From a virus (lineage: Duplodnaviria; Caudoviricetes), in IMG/VR virus record IMGVR_UViG_3300017699_000006, positions 1-36,804 of that record: DNA of 36,804 bases; one strand, 5' to 3'. Made by a program: the position numbers and the translations under genes. The notes beneath the pieces were generated by a model. That model searched no databases. It was not told the origin of the DNA and saw nothing but the letters and a program-made list of their open reading frames with translations. This document shows positions 8,289-16,877 of this stretch, one piece after another (position 1 is the first letter of the stretch; each line of letters opens with the position of its first letter).

Positions 8289-8576
8289 ATGAACTCAAAA
8301 ATATCCGAAAAAGAAATTGAAAAGTACTTTGTATGGGCTGTCCAAAACCTTGGCGGTGTAGCGTACAAGTTCAAGTCCCCCACCCAGCGCGGCGTAACCG
8401 ACCGCATCGCCTGCTTGCCGGGCGGTGTGACGTGGTTCGTGGAACTCAAGACCGAGGGCGGTACGCTGTCAGCCTTGCAACAAGTCCATGCGCGCAACCT
8501 CAAACAGCTCAATCAGAACTACGCCTGCCTGTGGTCAATCGAACACGTTGACACATGGATGAAGGACAACCAATGA
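8289..8576 (+). CDS. VRR-NUC domain nuclease
   Basis: EKEIE...GVTDRI...FVELK...LSALQ pattern; sits directly upstream of an SNF2 helicase. Confidence 0.88.
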   Translation: MNSKISEKEIEKYFVWAVQNLGGVAYKFKSPTQRGVTDRIACLPGGVTWFVELKTEGGTLSALQQVHARNLKQLNQNYACLWSIEHVDTWMKDNQ

Positions 8577-9907
8577 AGCTGCGCGACTACCAAGAGAAAG
8601 CCGCTGACTTTTTGTATGAAAACAACAGAGCGATGATTCTTGCGCCTGTGGGCGCGGGAAAGACAGCGCTGACGCTGACAGCCATGCAAGATATGCTGCG
8701 TTATGATTTTGTCAAACGGTGGCTTGTGCTGGCGCCGAAGCGCGTCTGTACCGACGTATGGCCTGTTGAGCAGCCTAAGTGGGCTACTGATACGCCCATA
8801 GCAGTAGCGGTGGGTACACCAGCCCAGCGCAGCCAAGCCCTACATTCGGGTTTCCCCGTAGTAGTAACCAACTACGACAACATCCAATGGCTTGCCGAGC
8901 AAGAGCTAGATTTTGACGGCATCGTGTTTGATGAGCTGACCAAGCTCAAGAACCCGTCTGGCAAGCGCTACAAAGCCTTGGCTAAGATCGTCGATAAAAT
9001 CGACATCCGCTGGGGCTTGACAGGTTCGTTCACTAGCAACGGCCTTGAGGACGTGTTTGGGCAGTGCAAGATCGTCAACCAAGACCTGCTTGGACGGGCT
9101 AAGGGCGCGTTCATGCAGCAATACTTTGTCCTGGTCAACAAGGACTTTGGCGAGTGGGAGCCACGGGTAGGATCGCTGGCGCAGGTCATGGCTCGGATCA
9201 AGCCTGCGACCTTTTTGCTTGACGCTGGCGCGTACGCTGACAAACTGCCACCCTGCCACACGGTCGAGATGAAGTGCGACTTACAAGACCGCGCCCCATA
9301 CGAGAAGATGAAGAAGGACTTTGTTATTGAGTTCAAGGACGTGGAGATCACCGCCGTCAACGCAGGCGTGGTCACAGGCAAGTTGCAGCAGATGGCAGGG
9401 GGCTGGGTCTACGAAACGGTTACAACCGCATCCAACACGCCTGGGCGCATGAACGTGAGCAAGACGCCCATTTGGTTTAGCACCCACAAGTTCGATATGC
9501 TGGACGAGCTAATTGAGGAAAACCAGCACGACAACACCATCATTGTCTACAACTACGTTGAGGAGCTAGCTGAACTTAAGCGCCGCTACCCTCATGCTCA
9601 GACGATCAACGACCCCAAGGCCATTGAGCGTTGGAACGAGGGCAAGATCGAGCTACTCTTGATCCACCCCAAGTCAGCCGGGCATGGTTTGAACCTTCAG
9701 CATGGCGGTAATAAAATGGTCTTTGTATCGCTGCCGTGGAGCCTTGAGCTGTACGAGCAAACAGTAGGGCGCCTACACCGCAGCGGTCAGAAGCACGATG
9801 TATGGGTTTACCTTTTATTGACCAATAAAACGATTGATTTGAGGATTTGGGGTGCCCTGAAGGACAAACGGGCAATTAGCGACATAGCATTGGAGGAACT
9901 GAAATGA
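8573..9907 (+). CDS. SNF2-family (SF2) helicase
   Basis: LRDYQ, APVGAGKT, FDELT, LTGS, GHGLNLQ, QTVGRLHRSGQ; start at ATG 8573 (ATGA overlap). Confidence 0.9.
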   Translation: MKLRDYQEKAADFLYENNRAMILAPVGAGKTALTLTAMQDMLRYDFVKRWLVLAPKRVCTDVWPVEQPKWATDTPIAVAVGTPAQRSQALHSGFPVVVTNYDNIQWLAEQELDFDGIVFDELTKLKNPSGKRYKALAKIVDKIDIRWGLTGSFTSNGLEDVFGQCKIVNQDLLGRAKGAFMQQYFVLVNKDFGEWEPRVGSLAQVMARIKPATFLLDAGAYADKLPPCHTVEMKCDLQDRAPYEKMKKDFVIEFKDVEITAVNAGVVTGKLQQMAGGWVYETVTTASNTPGRMNVSKTPIWFSTHKFDMLDELIEENQHDNTIIVYNYVEELAELKRRYPHAQTINDPKAIERWNEGKIELLLIHPKSAGHGLNLQHGGNKMVFVSLPWSLELYEQTVGRLHRSGQKHDVWVYLLLTNKTIDLRIWGALKDKRAISDIALEELK

Positions 9908-10128
9908 ACAATGAACCGGTAGCGTGGATATTAAAAGAAAACCCACAAATTGAAGGAGAGGTTATTCCACTCTACACTCATCCGCACTTTGATAAGAGTG
10001 TGAAAGCAAAGACACTAACAGATGAGGAAATAATAGAAATAGGCAATGCAGTTACAAATCTTATTGATTCCAATGAAGGCTGGATTGAATTTGCTAGAGC
10101 AATACTAAGAAAGGCACAAGAGAAATGA
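9904..10128 (+). CDS. Hypothetical protein (EPVAW...PLYTHP...LTDEEI...FARAILRKAQEK)
   Basis: GGAGG SD, ATGA overlaps, AT-rich. Confidence 0.75.
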   Translation: MNNEPVAWILKENPQIEGEVIPLYTHPHFDKSVKAKTLTDEEIIEIGNAVTNLIDSNEGWIEFARAILRKAQEK

Positions 10129-10411
10129 AATATAAAAATGGTGAACTTATCGAAATCATGTGGGAGGATTTTGAGTCCGATGTTGAGTATGTAAAAGGTC
10201 ATGTCACGATTGAGCAGGCAACAAAAGCATATAAAGAACATTGGGGTAGAGATGCCATGAGTATTTGTGGCATTAAAAATAGATTTGCAAGATGGGTTCC
10301 AGCATCAAACTGGAGCGACTACAGTATGATGTTTTACGCATTTGACGAAAAAACAAAAGGGTCTTTTCCAGTAACAGAATTGCAACTAAGAAAGGCACAA
10401 GAGAAATGAAA
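10104..10411 (+). repeat. Exact 27-bp direct repeat ACTAAGAAAGGCACAAGAGAAATGAAA at 10104-10130 and 10385-10411
   Basis: Read directly; brackets ORF 10125..10409. Confidence 0.9.
10125..10409 (+). CDS. Hypothetical protein ending LRKAQEK
   Basis: ATGA-coupled at both ends. Confidence 0.7.
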   Translation: MKYKNGELIEIMWEDFESDVEYVKGHVTIEQATKAYKEHWGRDAMSICGIKNRFARWVPASNWSDYSMMFYAFDEKTKGSFPVTELQLRKAQEK

Positions 10412-10720
10412 CCACATAAACACGCAGAACTAATCAAGGCATGGGCTGATGGTCAAGCAGAAGTTGAATATCGGTATCCAAAAGACGATGGCTCTTGGTC
10501 GTTATGGAAAGACTTAACTCAATGCGTATTCCATGACTGGTATGAATATCGCATCAAGCCTGAAATCACCCAATTTAACACCCAATTACACCCAGTAAAA
10601 GAACTAACAGATGAGGAAATAGAGTCTATTTGGGCTGAAATGTCAGAACAATGCGATGAAGAATTTATTGACATGAAGCAGTTTGCTAGAGCAATACTAA
10701 AGAAAGCGAGTGAGAGATGA
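10406..10720 (+). CDS. Chimeric hypothetical protein (KPHKHAELIKAWADG domain plus LTDEEI/FARAIL module)
   Basis: N-terminus shared with 5831..6136, C-terminus shared with 9904..10128. Confidence 0.75.
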   Translation: MKPHKHAELIKAWADGQAEVEYRYPKDDGSWSLWKDLTQCVFHDWYEYRIKPEITQFNTQLHPVKELTDEEIESIWAEMSEQCDEEFIDMKQFARAILKKASER

Positions 10721-10866
10721 CATTACGTGAAGAAGCATTAAAACTAGCAGAGGACATCGCCGAATACGCGCCCGACACCAACATCGAGCTAATGATTCGT
10801 TGTTTGGTAGCTGAGATTGACCGACTAAACGACGAGGATAAGTTTGACATGGACGGGCGCTGCTAA
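10717..10866 (+). CDS. Hypothetical protein (49 aa, MTLREEALKLAEDIAEY...)
   Basis: ATGA overlap upstream, TAATG overlap downstream; absent from the ORF track. Confidence 0.65.
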   Translation: MTLREEALKLAEDIAEYAPDTNIELMIRCLVAEIDRLNDEDKFDMDGRC

Positions 10867-11042
10867 TGGACAGGTTGACCCACTTTAAAGCCAAGCTCAA
10901 AGCGGCGCAGGCAGAGGAAACGATCCGCGTCAAAGAGTACAACCAAGCCATGCGCGCGTTAGCGCGGGTGACTAAAGAAGTAATTAACTTACAAACCAAG
11001 GTAGAGCAATATGAGCGATCTAAGCTGGCGCAAGCTGAATGA
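10866..11042 (+). CDS. Hypothetical coiled-coil protein (58 aa, MDRLTHFKAKLKAAQAEE...)
   Basis: TAATG coupling; fills the operon gap. Confidence 0.65.
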   Translation: MDRLTHFKAKLKAAQAEETIRVKEYNQAMRALARVTKEVINLQTKVEQYERSKLAQAE

Positions 11043-11205
11043 CATTCTTAGCCAGTTGAGCGAAGAACAGATACTAACCATGCTAAACGAGGAGCGTACA
11101 GGCAGCCGCCGCGTGTCGGTCTTGCAACGCCTGCACCAGCGCTACACCATGCTGCGGTGCGCTAGGGAGCGCATCGAACTACTCAAAGAGGCCGTTAAGC
11201 CATGA
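11011..11205 (+). CDS. Hypothetical protein
   Basis: 64-aa ORF in operon orientation, ATGA overlap with the next gene. Confidence 0.7.
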   Translation: MSDLSWRKLNDILSQLSEEQILTMLNEERTGSRRVSVLQRLHQRYTMLRCARERIELLKEAVKP

Positions 11206-11369
11206 CCGACTTTAGTACCTGGAGCCATGCCAACTTGGTTGCGTTTGCCGAGCAGAGCTATGAAGAAATTTTAGAGTTGAGAGCCGATTTAAAAGCGGCA
11301 ATTGCAGCATACCGTCACTTAAACACAAAGGAAAATGAACATGAAAGAACTGATAGTAGCGTTAATTAG
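11202..11369 (+). CDS. Hypothetical protein (55 aa, MTDFSTWSHANLVAFA...)
   Basis: ATGA coupling; absent from the ORF track. Confidence 0.6.
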   Translation: MTDFSTWSHANLVAFAEQSYEEILELRADLKAAIAAYRHLNTKENEHERTDSSVN

Positions 11370-11664
11370 CTTTACCCTTGGCTATTTCACAGCCGCAACC
11401 GACGCCTACGCGCAAACCACGGCGATCTATGGCCCGAATGGACAGTATGTGGGGCAGACATTCCAAAACGGTAACGTCACGTCCTTCTACGGCCCTACAG
11501 GGCAGTATCAAGGCCAAGCGTTTAGGAGTGGCAACACCACGTCACTGTACGGCGCTAACGGTCAATATCAAGGCCAAACATTTAGTAATACTCCTGTGGC
11601 GCCTGTAATTATTGCACCGCAACAGTCACTAACGCCGATGTTTGATTCGGTATTTGGACGGTAA
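11341..11664 (+). CDS. Putative secreted protein with three YGxxGQYxGQxF repeats
   Basis: Signal-peptide-like N-terminus (MKELIVALISF...AYA/Q); 20-aa periodicity; alternative start at 11335. Confidence 0.7.
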   Translation: MKELIVALISFTLGYFTAATDAYAQTTAIYGPNGQYVGQTFQNGNVTSFYGPTGQYQGQAFRSGNTTSLYGANGQYQGQTFSNTPVAPVIIAPQQSLTPMFDSVFGR

Positions 11665-11667
11665 ATT

Positions 11668-11874
11668 ATGAACAAGATCAGAACCTTATGGCAGTTTTTT
11701 ACCCACCCACCCAAGGCACGGGAACTTGCCGCCAAGGAGCTAGAGAACGCCAAGCGTAGCTACCTTGAGAACAAAACCCACGCTGAGTATTACGCTACGC
11801 TATGCTCGTTTGAAACCCAGCGGATCGCTAGGCTTGAAAAGTACCTTGAGCCATCTCAAGAGCAACAACCTTAA
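11668..11874 (+). CDS. Hypothetical protein
   Basis: 68-aa ORF; 3' end overlaps the convergent endolysin by 47 bp. Confidence 0.65.
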   Translation: MNKIRTLWQFFTHPPKARELAAKELENAKRSYLENKTHAEYYATLCSFETQRIARLEKYLEPSQEQQP

Positions 11875-12361
11875 CTTCTGCTACCCTACGACTCCAGCCA
11901 CGACCAAACGTCGGGAAGGTGCGTAGGGCTTGCAGGAACTCAAGACGCCGAGCAGAGTATTGCTCGATCAGCCTTGCAGGGTCTTTTTCAGCTACTTTAA
12001 CGGCAGCAAGAGTACGAGGCCCGAAGCCCCCGTCAGCAGTAACCCCAACGCAACTCTGCAAAAATTTAATAGCGCGCCCTGGGCCGGAATTAACAGCGAC
12101 GTCGAAAACAGCATAGTCAACGCCAGATACAAGATCATCAGCTCTGACAGCATCCCAGTATTTCCTTTTATAAAGAGGCGCAACCATCGTTGGGGTTAAG
12201 GCGCGCATCTCTTTTTCCGATACGGGTCTGCCTAGCCATTCTTCCCACACGCTTTTAGTTACGCCAAGGTTGGTCATACCACCTGGATCTTGTGGGTGGT
12301 TAACGTAACCGCCCTCATGCTTGAGCATTAGCTCAAGGCACTTATCAAAATTTTCTTTCAT
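11828..12361 (-). CDS. Endolysin, glycoside hydrolase family 108 with PG-binding domain
   Basis: HEGGYVNHPQDPGGMTNLGVT, YKRKYW, FDVAVNSG, ADGGFGPRTL, FGRGWSRR. Confidence 0.92.
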   Translation of the reverse strand: MKENFDKCLELMLKHEGGYVNHPQDPGGMTNLGVTKSVWEEWLGRPVSEKEMRALTPTMVAPLYKRKYWDAVRADDLVSGVDYAVFDVAVNSGPGRAIKFLQSCVGVTADGGFGPRTLAAVKVAEKDPARLIEQYSARRLEFLQALRTFPTFGRGWSRRVAEVKVVALEMAQGTFQA

Positions 12362-12726
12362 TTCTTCAGATTAGCCATGATCCGTGAGCCAAACAGGAAG
12401 CCAAACGCAATATTTGCCGCTTCTAGCCCGATGCGCTGCACGAACGGGTCGACAGGCAGGTACAAGGTAGACAACCCTACAGCGATGACGACTAACGCGC
12501 CAATATAGCGGCTAGACGCCCTCAGATCAACGACCCACTGGCTAGGGGAGCCGTATGGGTTATCTAGCTTGGCAATAGCTTCTATGCGGCTAATTTCGGA
12601 CTGGTCAAGCTGGATCTGTTCGGCGATGGTAGTAGGCTTTACACCCCCTGCAAAGCGGGTAATGAGTTGTTTGATGCCGTCTACGCCAACAGGCACCAAA
12701 GCCCCGATGATGGTTTCTAATATCAT
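12358..12726 (-). CDS. Putative holin
   Basis: Hydrophobic segments, FGFLFGSR plus basic C-terminus, overlaps the endolysin start. Confidence 0.6.
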   Translation of the reverse strand: MILETIIGALVPVGVDGIKQLITRFAGGVKPTTIAEQIQLDQSEISRIEAIAKLDNPYGSPSQWVVDLRASSRYIGALVVIAVGLSTLYLPVDPFVQRIGLEAANIAFGFLFGSRIMANLKK

Positions 12727-12728
12727 GG

Positions 12729-13019
12729 CTAGTCTTTGCTATCTAATTTTTTAAAAATTAGGCGCAAGGTAGAGTCGACGTTAGCAAACCCCACCCTCAT
12801 GTCGTCTTTAATCTCTTTGACCGCATCTTTAAAATCATCGCGGCGCACAAAATCGTCGTGCATCTTAGTGTCTAATTTCTTTAGATCGTCCTGAAGGCGG
12901 GTGTCACGGTCGTGGATTTCAGTACGCATCTCACGCAACATATCCCAAATAACCTTCAATATCCAGCCACCTAAAGCTCCAGTTAGGGCAACCGCCCAGT
13001 TGAAAATATCCTGTTCCAT
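12729..13019 (-). CDS. Single-TM coiled-coil protein of the lysis module (holin/antiholin-like)
   Basis: N-terminal hydrophobic helix, then a charged coiled coil with FVRRDDF. Confidence 0.5.
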   Translation of the reverse strand: MEQDIFNWAVALTGALGGWILKVIWDMLREMRTEIHDRDTRLQDDLKKLDTKMHDDFVRRDDFKDAVKEIKDDMRVGFANVDSTLRLIFKKLDSKD

Positions 13020-13021
13020 TG

Positions 13022-14959
13022 TTATCTCGCAAGCGCATTTTGATTTGGTTGTCCGGGAGCTAAGGCATTAGCTGGCATTTCAGGTACATCAGCGGTTACG
13101 CCCATCAAACCTTTGGCAACCGCAGGGCTTTTTGCTACTTTATTAATTTTGGCCCATGTGTCAGGATCGCTAATGGCTTTCAAGACTTTTACCCGATCTT
13201 CGCCAGGCAATAATGCAAGCAGCTCATCAAACGATTTAGCTGTTTCGCCTGCTTTGGCAAGCTCTTTAATTGTTTTCTCACCGACTTTTACGCCTAACGT
13301 ATCTAATACTTTATTGGCTGTGGTGGCGATTACGTTAAAAATGTTAGGTAAGCGGTAGTTTGGCAACTCGTCTTTAAGGAGCTTAGTAGCCAACTCTTGA
13401 CCAGCAGAGATTTGTTTACCAATCGACGCTTCGGCAGCCAATTCATCCGCTACAGCGCGCACTGTTTTTAACTGGTCAGGCGTCAATACTTCAGACAAAG
13501 CCTCATACCGCGGCGCGCCTTTACCGCCTGCACGTTTAAGCATAGCGGTTTCACCGCGGCCTAATACGTTCAAGAATGGGCCAACACGTTCACCACCACC
13601 GGGTTTCTCTAGTACAGACGCCATCTCTTTAAGCACCTGCGCTTGATTAACTGGCACGGATAAATCAGAGAATATCGCCCGTGCTTGCCCGTATTCTGGC
13701 ACTTTAGACTCAAATACTTTGAGGTAATCGTCTAACAAACTGCGTGCTGCCATCTGAGCGTCACGGCCAACGCCAGTTGCAGGCGATCCATACGCTATAT
13801 CTGACAAAGCGCGGCGAATGTAATGCATAGACTCACCAGTTAGCTCGGCGGTATCGCCGGGAATTTCACGCATGACAGGATTACCTGCCGCGTCAAGTAC
13901 ACCAGTAGGCTGCATTGTGGGCGCTGTGGTCTTACCCATAATGAATGGGCGGCCTTCCATCTTAGCGATGTTAGCCGCAGAAGCCAAAGTACCTTCAGGC
14001 ATACGCGCCAACACCGCAGCTACATCATTGTCAATTGGCACGATTGCTTTGTCAGCAGCCTCGTATAGAGGTTTAGACGCAACTTTGCGAAGTTTAACCG
14101 CTGCGTCTAGGTCTGGCGTTATTTCTTTAATGGTAGACATCCGCGCAGCTTCATCAGCCAATTCTTTTGCTTGTTGCGCTCCAGGGGATGTCTTAGAGAT
14201 GGTCTTTTGGATTACGGCCTGAGCGCCGGGGGCGACTACTTTGCCTTGTGCAAGGGCTTGCTGCGCCGTTACGTCGTCGCCTGCCTTGATTGCCTCTTGC
14301 AACGCGTTACGTCCAGCAGCGACGTTAGCAGGTGTTTCAAACGATTTGCGGGCGATCTTAGCCGCCAATTGCTTAGGCAACTGGTTAATGTCCGCTACCT
14401 TGCCCATGACCGCCGCACCAGCATCGGCTAGTTTATTGATTACTTTGCCAGCCACACCACCTGCTACCTCATACGCAGCGCCTTCAGCGATGTTGCCTGC
14501 CGAACGTTTCATGGCTTGCATACCCGTTTCTTGCGGGGCTAACCCAAGCGCTACGTCAGCCTTATTAAGCAGTTCTTTAGCGGTGGCATAGCCAAGGGCA
14601 GAGCCACCAACCACACCAACTGGGCCACCAGGAGCGCCAAGCACACCCCCACCCACACCACCAAGCATCTCAACAGTAGGGCCAGCTAACTGACGCGCTT
14701 TTACTAAACCAGCGTATAAATTAGGGTTTTCTTTGGCAAACCGCGAGGGTTCAGCACCGACGTTAGATCGTGCTTCAGGTTCAACAGGCGTTTCTGCAAC
14801 GCCGATACCAAATTTAGTCCGAATAGCAGTTTGCGTTGCAGCATTAGCGTTAGCAAAATTAGGATCTAAAGGCGCGTATTTATCAAAAATAGCCGCTTTA
14901 GTAGCGGCGTTGGCGTTTACGTAATTTGGATCAGCAAGAATTTGTGACAAAGAAGCCAT
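13022..14959 (-). CDS. Putative large DNA ejection (internal virion) protein
   Basis: Ala/Gly-rich and helical, Gly-rich hydrophobic stretch, last of three genes in the P22 gp7-gp20-gp16 position. Confidence 0.6.
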   Translation of the reverse strand: MASLSQILADPNYVNANAATKAAIFDKYAPLDPNFANANAATQTAIRTKFGIGVAETPVEPEARSNVGAEPSRFAKENPNLYAGLVKARQLAGPTVEMLGGVGGGVLGAPGGPVGVVGGSALGYATAKELLNKADVALGLAPQETGMQAMKRSAGNIAEGAAYEVAGGVAGKVINKLADAGAAVMGKVADINQLPKQLAAKIARKSFETPANVAAGRNALQEAIKAGDDVTAQQALAQGKVVAPGAQAVIQKTISKTSPGAQQAKELADEAARMSTIKEITPDLDAAVKLRKVASKPLYEAADKAIVPIDNDVAAVLARMPEGTLASAANIAKMEGRPFIMGKTTAPTMQPTGVLDAAGNPVMREIPGDTAELTGESMHYIRRALSDIAYGSPATGVGRDAQMAARSLLDDYLKVFESKVPEYGQARAIFSDLSVPVNQAQVLKEMASVLEKPGGGERVGPFLNVLGRGETAMLKRAGGKGAPRYEALSEVLTPDQLKTVRAVADELAAEASIGKQISAGQELATKLLKDELPNYRLPNIFNVIATTANKVLDTLGVKVGEKTIKELAKAGETAKSFDELLALLPGEDRVKVLKAISDPDTWAKINKVAKSPAVAKGLMGVTADVPEMPANALAPGQPNQNALAR

Positions 14960-14971
14960 AGCTAACCTTTA

Positions 14972-16150
14972 TTATTTTAACAACGGATTGCTTGTATCTA
15001 CCCCGCCAGCGCCGATACCTTCGTTTGCCATTGCTTCGTTAACAAACTGACCTTTACGCGCTTTCATCAAACGCAATACTTCTTTACCTGCTTGTTTACG
15101 TATTTCAGTAGGTAATGATGGATCAGCCAATTGACCAGCAGCTTCTTTGTAAGACGCCGTATCTTTGTCAGACTGTGGGCCTTCAAATCGCGGAACCATT
15201 TTAAGCGCCATGTCAGCAATTGGCTTTAACTTAGCGATTGCAATAGCGCCAGGCGTAGCTTGACCAGCAAAACCAGCCGCAACGTCTATAAGGCGACCTG
15301 CGCCGCTACCTGTGGATTGGTCAATTAGACCTTTGTCTTTAGTGGCTTCAGTAAGTTCTTTAATTGCTAAGTCAAGATCTCTGCCCGTTTGTTTTTGCAG
15401 TGCAGCAGTCTTTTCAAACGTAGCGCTTGGTTTACCAATAGCGCCAGGTTTGCCAATAACTTGACCAAAACGGTTGAATTGCGTCACGTTGCCTGCTGCG
15501 TCCGTAACCGTGTTGGCTACCACGTCAGCGCCGTACTGTAATCTTTGAGCTTCAAGCGCTCTTTGATTTGTAAGGTCTTGACCACGCATAGTAACGCCCA
15601 TTTGCTCTTTTTGCGCTGCGCTAACTGTCATTTGCTCTAGGCGTTTTGCTGCACTAGCACCTAACTGTAAAAACGTTTGACGACGTTGATCTATGGGCAT
15701 ATTAGCTACTTGAGCAAACAAGCCTTGTGCTTGCTCAGGCGTCATTTCTTTTCTTAAAATGCTATCTTCTAAATACGCTTTAATGTTGTTGTAAGACGGG
15801 TTAAACGCTAGATCAGACGTGCGTTCACGGCTGCGTTCTAAATCTTGTTTACTAATTTCACCACCAAGTTTTTTAGTTTCTAAAGCTGCTTTTTCTTGGT
15901 CGCTAAGTAACTTGCCGTACGCCAAACCAGTCTTACCAAACTGTGACAGCTTTGCACGGGTTTCAGGTTTAGACAAATCAGCACCGCGTAAAAAATTACG
16001 TACTTCTTGTTCTTCTTGCATCCCACGTTGTAACTCTTGCATTTTAAGCGCATTAACGCCAATTTCTTGAACCCGTGCAGTCGCCGCAACGGGATCTTGA
16101 ATTTGAGGCATCCGAAAGCCTAACGCAATGTTTGGATCAATTTGCGCCAT
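14972..16150 (-). CDS. Putative DNA ejection protein (gp20 position)
   Basis: Gln/Ala-rich helical protein in the ejection cluster. Confidence 0.55.
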   Translation of the reverse strand: MAQIDPNIALGFRMPQIQDPVAATARVQEIGVNALKMQELQRGMQEEQEVRNFLRGADLSKPETRAKLSQFGKTGLAYGKLLSDQEKAALETKKLGGEISKQDLERSRERTSDLAFNPSYNNIKAYLEDSILRKEMTPEQAQGLFAQVANMPIDQRRQTFLQLGASAAKRLEQMTVSAAQKEQMGVTMRGQDLTNQRALEAQRLQYGADVVANTVTDAAGNVTQFNRFGQVIGKPGAIGKPSATFEKTAALQKQTGRDLDLAIKELTEATKDKGLIDQSTGSGAGRLIDVAAGFAGQATPGAIAIAKLKPIADMALKMVPRFEGPQSDKDTASYKEAAGQLADPSLPTEIRKQAGKEVLRLMKARKGQFVNEAMANEGIGAGGVDTSNPLLK

Positions 16151-16151
16151 A

Positions 16152-16877
16152 TTAGAAACCCCCGCCTAATGTTGATGTACCGTACGTAGGCAATCTGTTC
16201 AAAAGCTGTTGATTTTGATAGAAATTCATTCCTTGACCTAAACCGCCAACAATTGCGTTAGCAGAGCCAATTGTCCCTGCTGCTTGTGCGTTGCCTGCGC
16301 CGATGATGTTAGAGCCAAGTTGTTGACCCAACGCGCCTGCTTGTTGTCCTAATACGTTAGCACTTGATTGCGCTGTGCCAGCAAGGGCTTGGAATGGGTT
16401 TAGCGTCCCTGCACGTTCGGCTTGGAAACGATTAAACGCGTTTTGATACTCTTGTGATGCTAAATCTTGCCCAAAGCGTTGTGTACCCTTTAGGGTTGCG
16501 CCTGACAATAAACCGCCCCGCGCCGCAGCCGAACGCTCTAAAGCCTTCATGCCTTCAGACATACGGAAAGCGTAGCCTGGGTCGGCCTTAAACTTGTCAG
16601 CGCCAAACTCAGCCGTAGCGTACTTGCCATAGCCAGGCGCGTTTACGTCACCGCCAAGCCCAAGTAGCTCTAATAGCCGATTTTGACCTTTAAGACCCGC
16701 TTCTCTAAACGGGGCTTGCAACTCAACTTGACGTTCAAATATGTCACGTTGAACATCAGATGCTTGCGCTGCCGCTTGTTGTTGCTGGCTTGCAGCGTCG
16801 CGGGAAGCTCTAGCGCCAATTAACGAGCTACCTACAGTGGTAACAGCGGCGATGGTACCTGTGACTGGATCAGGCAT
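16152..16877 (-). CDS. DNA transfer/ejection protein, P22 gp7-like
   Basis: Hydrophobic small-residue N-terminus, APFREAG, DPGYAFRMSEG, SAAARGGLLSGAT, QDLASQEY. Confidence 0.75.
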   Translation of the reverse strand: MPDPVTGTIAAVTTVGSSLIGARASRDAASQQQQAAAQASDVQRDIFERQVELQAPFREAGLKGQNRLLELLGLGGDVNAPGYGKYATAEFGADKFKADPGYAFRMSEGMKALERSAAARGGLLSGATLKGTQRFGQDLASQEYQNAFNRFQAERAGTLNPFQALAGTAQSSANVLGQQAGALGQQLGSNIIGAGNAQAAGTIGSANAIVGGLGQGMNFYQNQQLLNRLPTYGTSTLGGGF

